64,000 bases of DNA from Fimbriosthenelais zetlandica (lineage: Eukaryota): assembly GCA_977030845.1 (NCBI GenBank), contig OZ365114.1, positions 25,172,001 through 25,236,000 on the forward strand, written 5' to 3'. The notes below the pieces were generated by a model. The model saw nothing but the letters and a program-made list of their open reading frames with translations. It was not told where the DNA came from and did not search any database. Shown in pieces: positions 50,001-63,220 of the stretch (its first letter is position 1; each line of letters begins with the position of its first letter). The translations under genes and the position numbers were made by a program.

Positions 50001-53000
50001 TAGTAAAAACACTATGGAATATTCCATTTGATGATAGGGTGAAAAGACAATATAATTACAAATTGGCTTGGTTTGGCTTTACAACAGTGAGATACCAGTG
50101 AGCTGTGTGATAGAGCAAGCTCTAAAGGAAGCCACGATGATCCATCCGAATTCGGGTCTCATTCAGTCTGAGCCGAAAAGGAATCAGTACTTTCTCTTAA
50201 TCAAAAGAATTTTAGTCCATGCCTTTCCAGCGCAGATATTGACGTGCGCACAAGCCAAAGTAATACACCAAAAAGGAGTGCAACGTGTTTAGACTTTCAA
50301 CGAGGGAGGAATCCTTTTAGGCTGAATATCTCTCAACCTTTTAGGTGATCCCTCGTCCCCTGCTAATGGAATTGGTCCCTCGGGGACCACAGGCCAGGAC
50401 ATGTTGGAATTCAAAATAATATCTAACATGGAAAGACCAGCTCATCCCAGAAAGATATGAAAACTGATAGGTATTATTCCAATTTCATCTTTAAAATAAC
50501 AGGCTGCCAGGAGGTCATAAAATGTAATCATGTGTGCTCTCCAGTTTAAACCCTTGTCAATTTCAGAAAACCCTCTTCAAAATGTCTAAGACCCTCAAGC
50601 AATCACTGAATTGAAGGAAATCACAGGTATTGCACTTCACAAGCCTTCACAAGTGAGCTGATGGCATGTCGTCTCGCACTCATTGCAGCAATTCATCACC
50701 AAAAATAGGCGATAATTGAGAGTTTGAGGAGGTCAACAACCTTGACCTTGGACACCAACTTTGTAATCTTGGTCGTTCGCGAGGGAATTTCATGGACCAG
50801 AAGAAGAAAGACATGAACACGATGCAAGGAGAACCAAGTTCTATTTAAGGAGATTTTCCATCAACAGAATGACATTAAAATATAGTAAATTATGGAGGAT
50901 TATACACCAAGAAGGCGGATAAAATAACATAGTATTATCTAGAGACTGTCGGGATTTTGCTTGCCTTTTGCATATGTTTCAAAGACAGGTTAACCCGGAC
51001 CTGAATGAAGATGAACATTATAGCAATGGCGAGGCAACAATCCCATAGAATTCTGTCTACTGTATTTATAATGCATTGAGTAGAGGATATGGGACAGGGG
51101 ATGGATGACAAAGACACAGGAGGAAGAAAAACTGAAGGTCAAAAACTTACTATCTTTTCTGACGTGATCCGCTGATATCACTGTTCCTCTGTAGTGACTG
51201 TTATGGAGAGAAAAGATCATTATACAAACCAACATCATATAAATTGGGATATTGCTAGAGTAATAGAGAAAGTTGAGTGATAAACATTTTAACATGCAAT
51301 CATTTATGCCAACAACCAAATTTGCTTGCTAATAGCAATAGAGAGATTTTCAGGAAATAAAGTTGAAAGTAAAAATTGCGAACGCGGTTGTATTACAGAT
51401 CTTTCAATGTCAAATCCCAAACAAGAAAAGCTAGTTTAGAAAAGCAGGAAAAAAAACAGCCTTTTTCCCCTGTGTGTGAGTAACAATCTTCATCAAATGC
51501 ATTGAGAATTGAAAATGGCAGGCGGTGCCATAATGTCCCTCTAGGGGCCAGACAAATATTGGATCTAAATGTAATTGAATGTACAAAGCAATTACTAAGA
51601 GCGTGTCTCGCCATACCTATCTCCCCCACCGTGTTACCAGCACCGACTCCTTGATTGAAAGTATCAGAATGGATTAGGTGGGGAGCATAACATGATTTCA
51701 AATATGTTCCATCCTTATTAGACTCTTTGAACGATCCCATTGCTCCATCTATAGAGCTTAGCAGAGGATTAGAGGGGTACTTATCACTTGGAAAGAACAC
51801 CAGAGATTTCACCCTTGAGGTTTGATAAGGGCAGATAAGATTTATTAAGGGAAGCTGTGTTCTTGGAAGGGTTTTCGAAATGGTACAATGGGGAATTGTC
51901 CAGACTCTTATAAGTTGCTATTGAGTATGAATATTAAAGCTTGTAAGAGAGTACATAGACCCTTATGGAATAATTATGACGAGGCTTCCATGAAGATACT
52001 TTCGTATCAGTTCAGATCAGGATTATCGACAAACTCTACTCATTGGACTTAAAACCTCATCCGAGTTCAAATCGATGTACAGAACTCTGATACCCTATCA
52101 TTAAAGGCCCGATACGGTCTTCAGTGCTGGCTTCCACCATGATACAGCCGTCACAAAACTTACACTATACGGCACAGTTCATCTGAATAGAGCTCCATGT
52201 ATAGGTTCTGATGTATTTCATGTGGTCATGTTTATCGAAACATCGAGATGGGGATTTGCCTTTGAGAAGGATCAGAATGGTGTCAACGTTGAACATTTCA
52301 CATGGCCATGTGATCAGCGCATGACTGGCTTTATCAACGGCACAAGGCTAATCTCACCAAACCACGCATTCCCCCAGAGAATTCACTTGCTGAATGTTAG
52401 TGGTAGAACATTATAGACAGTCCTTCATCAATATTATGGCTACTCAGAGTTTATTAAGCATAACGTATGACCAAATGATCACCATTATTGAATGTCTAGA
52501 CGGACGTCTAATAATAAATTTACATTGATTACAATAGGTTAATTTTCATTCTTCTGATAATTTCTGTTGTCCCAAGTTGTTCATGTTGAAGTGTATATAA
52601 AAGGAGGAAATAAGAGAGGATAACACAAATACAAGAGATGGAAATGCACTGTTAGAAGCTAAAATAAACTATTATTTATCTCTGTTTTTTACCAACAACC
52701 ATGCTGTGCATCATAGCTGTAATGGGAAACTGCACTAGAGCAAAGAATATAACATCCTGTTTTTTGTAATAGCAGTGTCAACTTTGGTTATGGATGGTAG
52801 TTATGGGAGTCCATTTCATCACCATAGTCAAATAAAGCTACAATGTTGGAGACAAATGGAGACGAGCAACATAACCTCAAGAGTATCATCTATCTCGCTA
52901 CATCTCATGTTTTTTAAAACTTATGTCATGCTAGAAATCAATCTCTTGATATCTATTAACTAATAATAAAATAAATAGGGAATAGGAAATCATTGACATA

Positions 53001-56000
53001 ATCTACGATTAAAAATACTACTAAATGTGTTGTATGGAGATTCTAAGCCAAAAGAAAAATACAAAAGATACCAAACACATGCAAAGCCAAATGTTGTGTA
53101 TTCCAATCTCCCAGCTGAGAATAAGCTGTGACCTTAGGGTAGGCAATCTGCAGTTAAGCGATTTGCATTTAAGAATCGCAAGCTCAATATATAGACTACT
53201 GAAGACCTTAAATCAACTCACACCCACCTGTGACTTCAACGTTTTCAGAGCTGCCTGCAGTGCATTTGACTGTAAATATAAAGGAGATAAACTGTTGATT
53301 GAAATTAATTTATTATGAAGGAAAGCAAAGAGTAATAGAATATCTATAAAGAAGAGCTGAACGTCATGCAGCTCACTGCAAATAGAGCATGGCACAAATT
53401 GTTCCTTAATTAACCTCAAATTAACCTCAAAATGATGAAGAGGCCTTTGCGAGGACGAGATAGCAATGGAATATTGGAGAAAGAGTATATTTATCACCTA
53501 ATAACTATCAAGGCATATCTTTACCAGCATAAAGCAGGCAGCAAATGATAATATGATAACGACTATTTTCCGCATATTGACATTGGGAAATCATGAGGCA
53601 AGACCATCAATATTCTCTGAGGTCTCTGCTCGTCCATAGAGAAAGCAAGGATTCCTGAAGGTACTGGAGGCAGACAGTTGTATTAGGTCTTCAGCTCACA
53701 CTCTGTCTGTCTGCCCCTTGAGTACCTCTCTCCTGTGAAAGGAGATGGAAAGAAGAGCCTTGGTCACGTGCTTGAGCTGCAAATGCTCGTCGACAATAGG
53801 AAGAAGGCTGTGTGCCAGTTCTTTCTACAGTCTTATTATATGTGTATAATGTTGTAATAAGAGGTTCGTGTACATATCGAGACAACATATGGTGTATTTG
53901 GTGAATATAAGCGTACCTAAATATATAAAAAAATAACATTTCACCATAATGCATTTGGAGGCTGGGGTCGGGGAGATATATAATATAATACTGGAGTTGC
54001 AGTAATGTATTGTAATAGCCAAAAATCTACTAAATTATACGTTAATATGTTTGTCTTTGCTGGTCGCAATTACCGAAAGGTGCTTTCTGTTAAGAGCAAT
54101 CAGAATCGAGGACATACCCAGACTACTGTCCCTCTAGAGAAACGCCGGTTCTCACTAAGCTATTCACGACCAATCCCCCAACTGATACTTATAGACCTCG
54201 ACACCCCCTGCTGGGATGTACAGCTCATTCCTGTACAACTTGCTGGTGAGATCCTGATGGTTTCCTTTTGAAACTTCCACTCCGGTGGCTGGTATTGCCT
54301 TGAGATCCTCCGGGAAATCTCATTATTTGGGGAATTGCTTTTACAAGATCTCACTACAGCAATTGAAGCAGGCCCTTCTAACATAATTTTCTCGATGTCC
54401 GTAGCTGATATTTTCTCAGCATTTTATTTACAATTTCTTATTATGAATTTGAGCAATTTATTCTACAATGTCAGGGCCTACAACTTCAGATAGTAAACCG
54501 CCTCTATTCTATTCTTGCTTGATTAAAAACTATTTCTAATCAGTGTTGGGGTCCGCAAGGAATTTTTAAAAACATAATCTATAGCTCATTCAATCCCTAG
54601 GAAGGAAGTAATTTGAATAAAAGGCCAGGTAATGAAAACCGAGCTCCAGAAATTGTGGCTTGAGCTGAAGTATTGAGCTGACAGACCGAGCTTTGTACAC
54701 AATTTGAAGGGTAATATTTCCCAAATGATCCATGGAGTCACTGTGGCACCAATCCCTCCCCGAGGCTTTATAGATCTGCCAGTGCCATCCATTATACCTG
54801 GAATGGAATTCAATACACAGACACTTTCCTTGCAATCAGGATGGGCATGAGAATTTATCAATCACCTCAAACCTTCCCAATGCCATAAGAGAGACTTCAA
54901 TCTTGAGCTAATATCCGACGACCAATCTTTATACCCTGCCTAGTTTCAGTGCCGGGGAAGTGCCTCCTCATGACAATGGCAGGCATTTGATATCGGAAGG
55001 CGTTTTGACTGCCAAGCGATCATTTCCATAATGAAGCAATTACTTCAAGGGGCTATATGAAAGGAAGCATTTTTACGAGCTGTCACTTTCATTTGTTATG
55101 ATCTGACTGGGAATATTTCTCATGGATCAAAGTATTTCGCCTGGGAACCCTGTGAATTTTGCTTGAATACACCGTACCAAACAGTGCAAGGAAGCTTCCT
55201 TAAAAGTCTTGCAAGATCATGAGCATGAATAGATCCATTATGTTGCATGTAGAAAATATATCAATTTAGTTGAAACACATGTAACAATATATTGGTGTTC
55301 ATTAATATGAAAAAAAGATAATGTTAACATTGTCGACATCTGATAACATTTCCTGTACTGCTGGCCGACATTCTGTTTTACTCAAGACATTGATCCGTGA
55401 AGAGATGGGGCTTCACCAGAGCTGTGCAGGCCCTATAACAGATTGATGTATTTATAGGCGTTTCCATGGAAACAGTTTATCTCCAGAAAGCCAGTGTGAA
55501 TTCATCAGTCTGTTTGGATTGAGATAGTCTCCAAGCGCGTTTCTCTAATGCCCCATTTAGACATTGAAAAGTCAATTTTCATCAGTTTACTCTGGCAGTT
55601 CAGTTTACTATCGCAATTGTATCAATGTTATTCAAGATTGGTCACCCAGTTCCTACAACCTTTACTTGAATTCTCCTGATCCCTTATAAGCCAAATTTCC
55701 CTTTCCTGCTCAGGAAGTCCCAGAATCCCCCCATTAATACAGATCTGTATTAGAAATACTGAAACCCAAGTCTAAGCACTAAGGGCCTTAACCCAAGTCT
55801 AAGCACTATGCCTTAACCTAAGCCTAAGCATTAAGGGGCCTTAACTATTATCATTCTAAACGCTAGTCATATGATTCTCAACTAACTTCTGAATTTTGAT
55901 GAATTACAATTACACGCAATGCACCCTGAACATTGTATACGTATAATACAAAATAGCATATGCCAAGAGTCCATTGTCTTGTCATGCATGGTTTTACCCT

Positions 56001-59000
56001 TAAAGGGATCCTTCCATGAGTCGAAGTACCACACACAGCTGTTAACTTTACTACCACAGATCTAAGTAGTAGTGGGATCTAAGGACGTCCTGAAATCTTA
56101 GAACAGTGATACTTAATTTTCAGTACTAGCTGCAGAAAGAAAATGAATAAAAATCATCCGTACTTAAATCTAGGTACAGTCGTCCTAAGGGTTTAAGGAC
56201 GTACTTAAGAGGACGGACGGACTTGACTTGGTCAAAATAAGGATAGGACATCTTAGTGCTCATTGCGTGTCTGTGAAAGTGCTCCTTTAAGCTGATTGTT
56301 GAGCAGATTGTTAGTGGAACATATCTGCAGTTGGGGGTGTCAGATATATGGCAGGAGCCACTCCTGTTGGCCCAGCCATGAGCATCAAACCGGGAAAAAT
56401 TGTGCCAGGGCTGTCCAGATAAATCGTAGACACTGCCTCCTCTCAGTGCCCCGGGCCCCGCAGCAGCACCAGTAGGCCCGGGTAAATGTGATTGTCACTC
56501 CACGGAGGTGGGTATTATTCTGGCGGCTGGATTCTAGTTAAAGCAAGCCAAAGGAAATGTGATTAGTATTAGATCAGTCCTAGCTTCCGGGCCCCCTGCT
56601 GATTTGCAGGTGTTTTTCTCCGAGCAGGGTTCTTGCATTGGTCTCATATTGGAAACGAAAGCTCTCCTGAGATCTGAACGTTTTTGGTGATGCTTTTGCA
56701 GCTGATGTACTTCATATGAAACATAAACCCCTGATGAACTAGTTTAAGGACATCTTATACTGTATCTGTATGCATGAGTAGGTAAATGTATTGGTAGTGG
56801 GTACCATTATCATAGCAATGACTTCCCATGGGTCCAAATCAGGGTGCTATGAATTCAGTCTAAGTCCACAGCAGGGTCTATAAACTAACAGAGGTCATGG
56901 GGATAGCATTGCTTTCTCCCCGTTGTCCTCCATTATCACTGGGCCTGGGTTGGTTGTTAGTCAACAAAGGGTACATGTCTTCTCATTTACGTAAGGTGAG
57001 TGATTGCCCATGATCACACTCTCTTGCGCCTGCCTTCCGGTAGCAAAGAGAACTGTTCAAACGTGCTATAGAGGGCCTGGTGATCTGGAACTCTGGAGGA
57101 CTTTACTCTCGGGCAATGGAAACTACGGCATGAGAATAGACCTGCAGTGTCAATGTAAACTATATCATGGTTCGATTAAAAAGGCCTCGAATGAGAGTAG
57201 AGAGTATTATATACGTTATGCTATCAGTATTATTCAGGTTGAAGAGTGTAATACCAGTTCAATCATATTTTGTCACTCAAGAAGGCATTGTCCATAATGA
57301 ACTAGAACAAAACTGGTTATACCTCACGCTGCTTTTAGGTCCCAGGAAGTGACAATGCCCACACAGCCATTAAATGGGGAACACGTATTTTAACTAGGAC
57401 GTGAATTTTGGGTCGATATCAGAGCTGCCATTCCCATCTGAGTGTTACGGCCCAGGACATCCCACGTAAAGTGAATTACTGTGTTGATCCTAGTCTTCCT
57501 TGTTTACCCAGGACCAAATTCCGATATCGCCTCTATCTACCCTGCCTCAAAGAAGCCGACTTAAACCCTGTTCCTCTTCTGTATAGGCTTCGAGACCGTG
57601 AAGGATGTCAGTCCATTCATGTGGGAGGAAGAGAAATCCATAGAGTATGTTTTATGGATCTGTGAATCTCTCTGTAGCATCATCTATAAGGGTATTATCA
57701 CCCCACAAAATCGAATGACCTTCATATATTCTATTTCTGACGAAGGAAGGTATATCTTTTTTCTTTTGAAAAGAAGGAGAGGTATATACTTGAGGCAATT
57801 TGTGTATATTATTGTAAGGTTCAGGAAACTTCCGCATCCTTATGAAAATAATGATGGTGATGCACTTGCAGGGGAATGATGATATAGCCTATACAGATTA
57901 TAATTTTCATAGAGGAATCACTGCATAAAAGGCATTGTGAAGCACCCTACTTGGGGAGTTATGGCATAGACTGTGGGGCATCATGGTGAACAGAGGTGAT
58001 ATGATAAATGCCGGGATGTGTCTGAAGGCATGGACTAACAATGAATGTTGGCATGGATATTGAGGGTCGAGTGTAAATAAAAGTGGCTGGGCCTGACTTC
58101 CCATGTTGAAGTACACTAAGGAAAAATGCCGGATCTTCAAGTTTTACCAAAGAGCTTAACAAGCAGGGCTTTCTACCCCGTCAGAATTTATTCATGAGGA
58201 TCAGACATGGGAGCTTCTTTAAGAACGTCCTTGCTTGAAATCAATGGTAGCAATTCCTTTTATTTTCAACATGATTGGCATATTGGCAGATGCTTTCCCT
58301 CTCAAAGGAAGATATTCAAGGAATAGAAAATGTTATCTGAAGCAATTGGTGGCATTCATTGTAATTCAACGATGGACATGCACTGAGACATGAAATGGAT
58401 CGCGTCTTTAATGTCACATGACTACGAATCGATGCGCGCCATCAATTTGTCTCTTCTCTCCTTTTTCTTTGCGATGTTAGTTTTTTTAGGGATAAGAAAC
58501 CAATATGAGTAAGGTACTTCATTACAGCCCTGCCAGACTAAATGATCCTGTCAGTAATTCCAAGACGTTTTTTTCATTCCTTGGCTTTCCGGACAAGCCC
58601 AAACTTTCCACCTGATGTTCTTGAAAGGGAGAGTATTGAAAAGCTCGGAGAAATGCTTCGCCATATTCGACTGCCTTCCACAGTGAGACCTTTAAGAATT
58701 TCTTTCCTTATATGGGAGAGGTGTCTGGCTTCACTCCTCCCTGGTCTAATAAAGCTGTCAGAGCCATGGAAGCCCTCAAAAGAAGCAACTAGTGAGAACA
58801 CTACTGCTGAGCTAAGCAGAGATGTGAGCCTCGATAAATATTAACCCACAAATGACTAGAGAATATAGCTCGCGTAATATTTCTAGATACCGGTTTAATG
58901 ATGAGAAGTGATAAAATATCTACTTTTATTGAGCAGATATCGGCTTGACAAAACTCCACCACTGTAATACTAAGCTTTATGTGCAGCCAGCCTGTACCAT

Positions 59001-62000
59001 AAATTCATTTTTATGGCCTCATCTTCATCGCTAGATGATAATTTATTCCTTCAGAATACCCTTCCCTGTTCCATATTTACAGGGAGATTAGACTTTAAAA
59101 TCCCAGATCCTACATGGTCCAGCCACAAGCCCCGAGGAAAAAGCTCGTGCGCAACTGAGGGCTTATTCACATGCCTAATATGATGCATATTAGGCATGGT
59201 AAAGTCTGAAATGATATGAGCCTATAGAGGTCCCTGGTGTGAACATGCCTTTCGTGCTCAAACCAAAGGAGTATACTGCATCTACCTATTACCCTACATG
59301 CAGGGAGTTCCAAGATGAAAATGAATCTGGTGACCATTTCAAAGCTTTGATAATCTGTAATATATCCGGAAACGAAGGGAAAAGGTCTATAGAGCTATAG
59401 AGAGAACATCAAGTAAGATCAGCCCTCTACAGCGGTGCATCTCTCATGGAAGAACTCCAGTTCTCACTGTAATAAAGATGCAATAATTATTGTTAAAGGT
59501 ACCCTCCATTCAAGGTGATTTATCTTGGACTCTTGGGCAAAACGACTAAAACCACCGTACCTAATTACCAGCGCAATTGGCCATGCTTCCCGGAACTTCC
59601 CAATTGGGTGGATTCATAAGGGGACCAGTGTATATTGCTTCCTTCACCTAAATCGGTCCTTCCTTCCTTCTTTTGTAGTCCTCCGGATGATGCATCAGAT
59701 ATCGGAGGCTTTGGAACAATGGCCATCAACAAGTCAGTTAATCATCTTTTGTTGGAAAGACTGGCCTTTGAGCGTCAGCTCGCCTTTGACATCCTCCCTG
59801 CTTGTTAGCAATATTTGGACTAGAAAAATAAGCGGAGGCTCCCCATAGGTCATTATATAAGAGAAAAGTGAGGCCAATGATGGTGATTTTGCCTTCGTTA
59901 GACAAGGCAAGCCCAATTATACCCTATCAGTGGACTCTGAAAGCCATGGTACACTTAATAATACTACATTATGGCTTCCGGAATCTAGATCATGTGTCTG
60001 GGAAGCTTGTATTTAAGCTTGAGGTGACGTAAAACCCAGCATACTGCTCGGGAAGGATTGCAGTGGTTAATAATAGGGAATTATCCTATTTTGCTCACGT
60101 ATTGTATAATATATTCTGACCTCTCACCTCATAGACACCATTCAGGGTACCATTCATAACAAAACAAGTAGGATGTTGAACCACCCTGCTTCACTCTGCT
60201 AGTGCCTAGGTGACTACCAGTCCACCCTCACAGAATCAAGTCGATGAAATACCCAGAGACTTTAAGAAACTTTTTTTTAATTTCAAGCCGTTTGGAAATT
60301 TCAACCAGATTGCTCTATATATATGCTTCATTGCCAGATGGATATGCATGCATGGAGTCCACCTCATATCATATGTCTTCTCTGGGGCCACTTCCCGGAA
60401 AATGATAGTGGTATAATAAAGCTAGTCTACAGCATATATCTTTCTGAAGAAACAAGCCCGTGAGCATGTATTAGATGTCTATATTGAGATGATCAATGCA
60501 GTCATGTTGCCAGGCATAGAGATTGACATTGATTGCATTGTTATGAATGTTGCAGTTGCTTGAGGCAACACTTCTGGATTGCCTCCATTAAGACTCCCTC
60601 ATTAAGATGGAGGCTTTCTTCTGCGTACAATATGACCCATGGACATATCTCAGATCAACCATTCAAAACGTCCTCATCAGGCAAAGCATGTCCTTCAATG
60701 GACTTTCAATCGCTCAGGCCAGTGAGTCGTGTTCATGCATGAATATATGGAATACGTGTCATCTCTGGATGCCGGTATCCAATTCTAAAGCAGTGAAACC
60801 AGCGGCTGTCCCCAGATCATTCTTTCGACCTAATTTTCCTTGCCTGACTGGCCAGCAGTATTTACACATTCCAGAGAGACAATGCAATTTCTAAACCCGC
60901 TCATCCATTGCTTTACCCCACTGACCATGTAAAATTCAGTGACTGATAGACCAACATCATCTCATCAGTATATCATGCACCCATTTTGGCTACGGCTGCC
61001 CAAATGCTGATCAGAGAATATGATTTAACACGTTAGGAATATGCTTTAACACATTACGACGAACAACCTGTGTATTTTCGGAGTGGCAGCCTATACATTG
61101 GTCGAGTCTACGGCTGAAACTGGTATCCTGGCTGCTTGAGATTCCACAGTCACAGACTCAGTATCAGGTCTATGAATGAGGAATGACCTCCCAGGGAGTA
61201 GTTAGGAAGGGTCACAACAGTGTCTTTCAGGCCCTTCACCTTGCATCATTAGAGTGCCATTAGAGGAGATGCTATAGTGACAAACAAGCCTATAGTGCCC
61301 GTGTAAGCAGGCCTCTTCACTTTGGATAGGGTCCATTTTTCCAGCCTACATTTTCTCTGAGTGATGTTAACGTCACATTGGAGGAGCCTGGGCAGCATAT
61401 TTGTATTAGATGGATGGCCTGTGTGGAGGAGTCACGACAGGGGAGCACTCATAATGTAATCTCCCTGCCACAGGCAGACATGTCAGTCCTAAAGCTTAAC
61501 CAATAGGAGGTCTTTTTACAGATGCCAGCTACCTGTACAGCCAATGATGGGCTTCGTTAGAGTGGACAATTCATTACGGCCATACCAAATTTGTTTTTTC
61601 TACCTTAACTATACAGTACAGCGAAATGACCCACAGTGTCCAGTTTTTGAAAGTGACTGCGTTTTAAACATTGCTGGTTTTTTAAAGAGTATTATATCTT
61701 AAAATAAATGAGCCGAACACCACTAAATCAGAGGGATGGCCGCTTATTATATAGTGAAAGGCTTTTCGGTTCAGCTTCAAGGAGCATTTGTGAGGGAGAG
61801 CAGCTTGTGATTAGATTGTGCAGAAGTGGGCTGTTCAAAAGCTTTATGGGGCAGGCTGATAATAAAGAAGGACATAGTGACGGTGAAACAGACTGAGAAG
61901 CCCGTCCTCAGTCCTCGCCTGTCTCCTGCACTGGCAGGAAATGGAGGTCAGCAAGAAATCTCTTGATCAGACAAATATTTTTTTCAATGAAAGACTTCGG

Positions 62001-62524
62001 TAATGTATAATCCATCACACCGTCGATGGAAAGGAATCTGGCTCCTTAGAATTTAGATTTTTTATCAATTGCTCATGAACGATGCAAGAACCTGAATGAA
62101 GTATTCCCCCTGCAGAATGATATTACCTTAGCCTAAACATATGATGGACGCGCCGGAACTGCAATGTCTACTATTCCTGTTCAGAAGTGCTTCTCACCAT
62201 GATATCAAATGCACTTATCGATGCTCTTCATCTGTGAAGTGCACTACTTAACAGTCCGACATTCCGGATAAGACTTCTACCAAACCAAAAAGAACATGAG
62301 ACGACGCGTGCGACAACAAACATCCTGCGACAAAATTATAAGTTGCCGTATGCTCTACCACTATAGTTTACTTTGCAATGAATTAAATTTTGAGTTAAAT
62401 TTGTGAATTTTCTGTCTTTTGCACTCACCTTGTGTGGAATGAATGCGCCCTCTACCTCAAGGACTGATGTGGCCACATAGAGGACCAAGCAGGCTGTAAG
62501 AAAGTATCCACCCAGCTTGTTCAT
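47020..62524 (-). CDS. Putative secreted neuropeptide/hormone precursor with a C-terminal four-cysteine peptide (95 aa; 106 aa with an optional exon)
   Basis: Exons 62524-62429 (signal peptide, donor AAG|GTGAGT), optional 53732-53700, 53269-53228, 51197-51151 (donor GTAAGT) and 47122-47020 (stop); phases 0,(0),0,2 are consistent. Product: MNKLGGYFLTACLVLYVATSVLEVEGAFIPHK-(ERGTQGADRQS)-SNALQAALKTLKSQ-SLQRNSDISGSRQKR-YTDYQERASAFCTGLCMYEERKSYSDCFDVCNYY*. The exon chain is a manual prediction. Confidence 0.7.
51290..51620 (+). mobile_element. 3' end of a decayed LINE (L2/Crack-type)
   Basis: KLRT..YY..F (~51373) and NALRIENGR....P...R (~51496-51550), resembling the KLRxYxxFK and LxIExGR motifs of LINE ORF2 C-termini. 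Confidence 0.6.
54160..55620 (-). mobile_element. Heavily decayed LINE RT relic (L1/Tx1-like?)
   Basis: Scattered KIDFS, FIMEMIA, GIKIG and FLGI motifs in the expected order; very degenerate. Confidence 0.35.
55763..55845. repeat. 25-28-bp tandem repeat, 3 copies
   Basis: Unit AACCCAAGTCTAAGCACTAAGGGCCTT and variants. Confidence 0.85.
57300..60900 (-). mobile_element. Decayed RTE-like LINE (endonuclease + RT) in intron 1 of the peptide gene
   Basis: WNV (60873-60865), GIQ..TRIP (~60773-60749), GWFN (GDFN-like), W.KHFSELFN (~58663-58635) and a PDG...LF....G..P remnant (~58180-58120), in canonical order. Confidence 0.55.
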
Positions 62525-62584
62525 GATGGTAGTTTATCTAAACTCGCTCTCACTCACACACGCGGCCAACCAACAATTACACTT

Positions 62585-63220
62585 CTAACCCTCAAATCTT
62601 TCTTTCTCTCACTTAAATAGACAAAGCCCAAAATGGTCACCGCTGCTGGCGCTTGTGATAGGGGCGGAGGTGGTGGAGGTGGAGCCCCCAGATGGTTGCG
62701 TGGGTGTTGGAATGCTGAGTCACGATGGCGGATTGGTAATCAGGAGGACCAAGAGCAGCAAGCAGTCTTGGACCCGGATGGTTCCCTCTTTCTCCCACCT
62801 CCCACTGCTGCCTCTCTTCCTCTCTCTCTCCTCCTCTACACCACCAACCAATCATTGCTCAGCATACCGACCCCCACCTGGAGGCGCCCCATCAGCAGAC
62901 ATTTCTGGGTTTCTTCCATATATGGAATGGCTATATGACGTAAAAGATGTTTACGGGTAACTATTGAACCAGCATCATATGAGGAACCCTCATGTGGAAT
63001 CCCCAAAACCTACTCAATCAAGGAAGGCCTTGCAATGACGCAAGCAAAAGGGGTGTTCTAGAAGGGGTAGTTGCCCCGCAGTATTTTTCCATTGTGACGT
63101 AAAGGAATCCCTTCCTGCATAATTAGAATTGGCTCGTTTAGTTTTTTTTACTCCAGTATGACGACTATGATGTTTTATTAATGGATTGTGACCTCCACCT
63201 ACCCAGGCCCACTGACGTTA
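62585..63220 (-). promoter_or_regulatory. Promoter of the putative peptide-precursor gene
   Basis: TATTTAA at 62619-62613; GC box 62661-62670; AP-1 TGAGTCA 62716-62722; CCAAT at 62732-62736 and 62848-62852; CArG CCATATATGG 62916-62925; TGACG cores at 62936, 63036, 63095 and 63213. Confidence 0.65.

Noticed and set aside
52693-52734. 42-nt - strand exon candidate within the peptide gene
   Set aside because: It has a stop in phase 0, the phase required by the flanking exons; its phase-1 reading cannot be joined to the signal-peptide exon or the RQKR exon.
56090-56150. Strong - strand acceptor at 56131-56130
   Set aside because: All frames hit stops before a credible donor, and it lies in a repeat-like segment.
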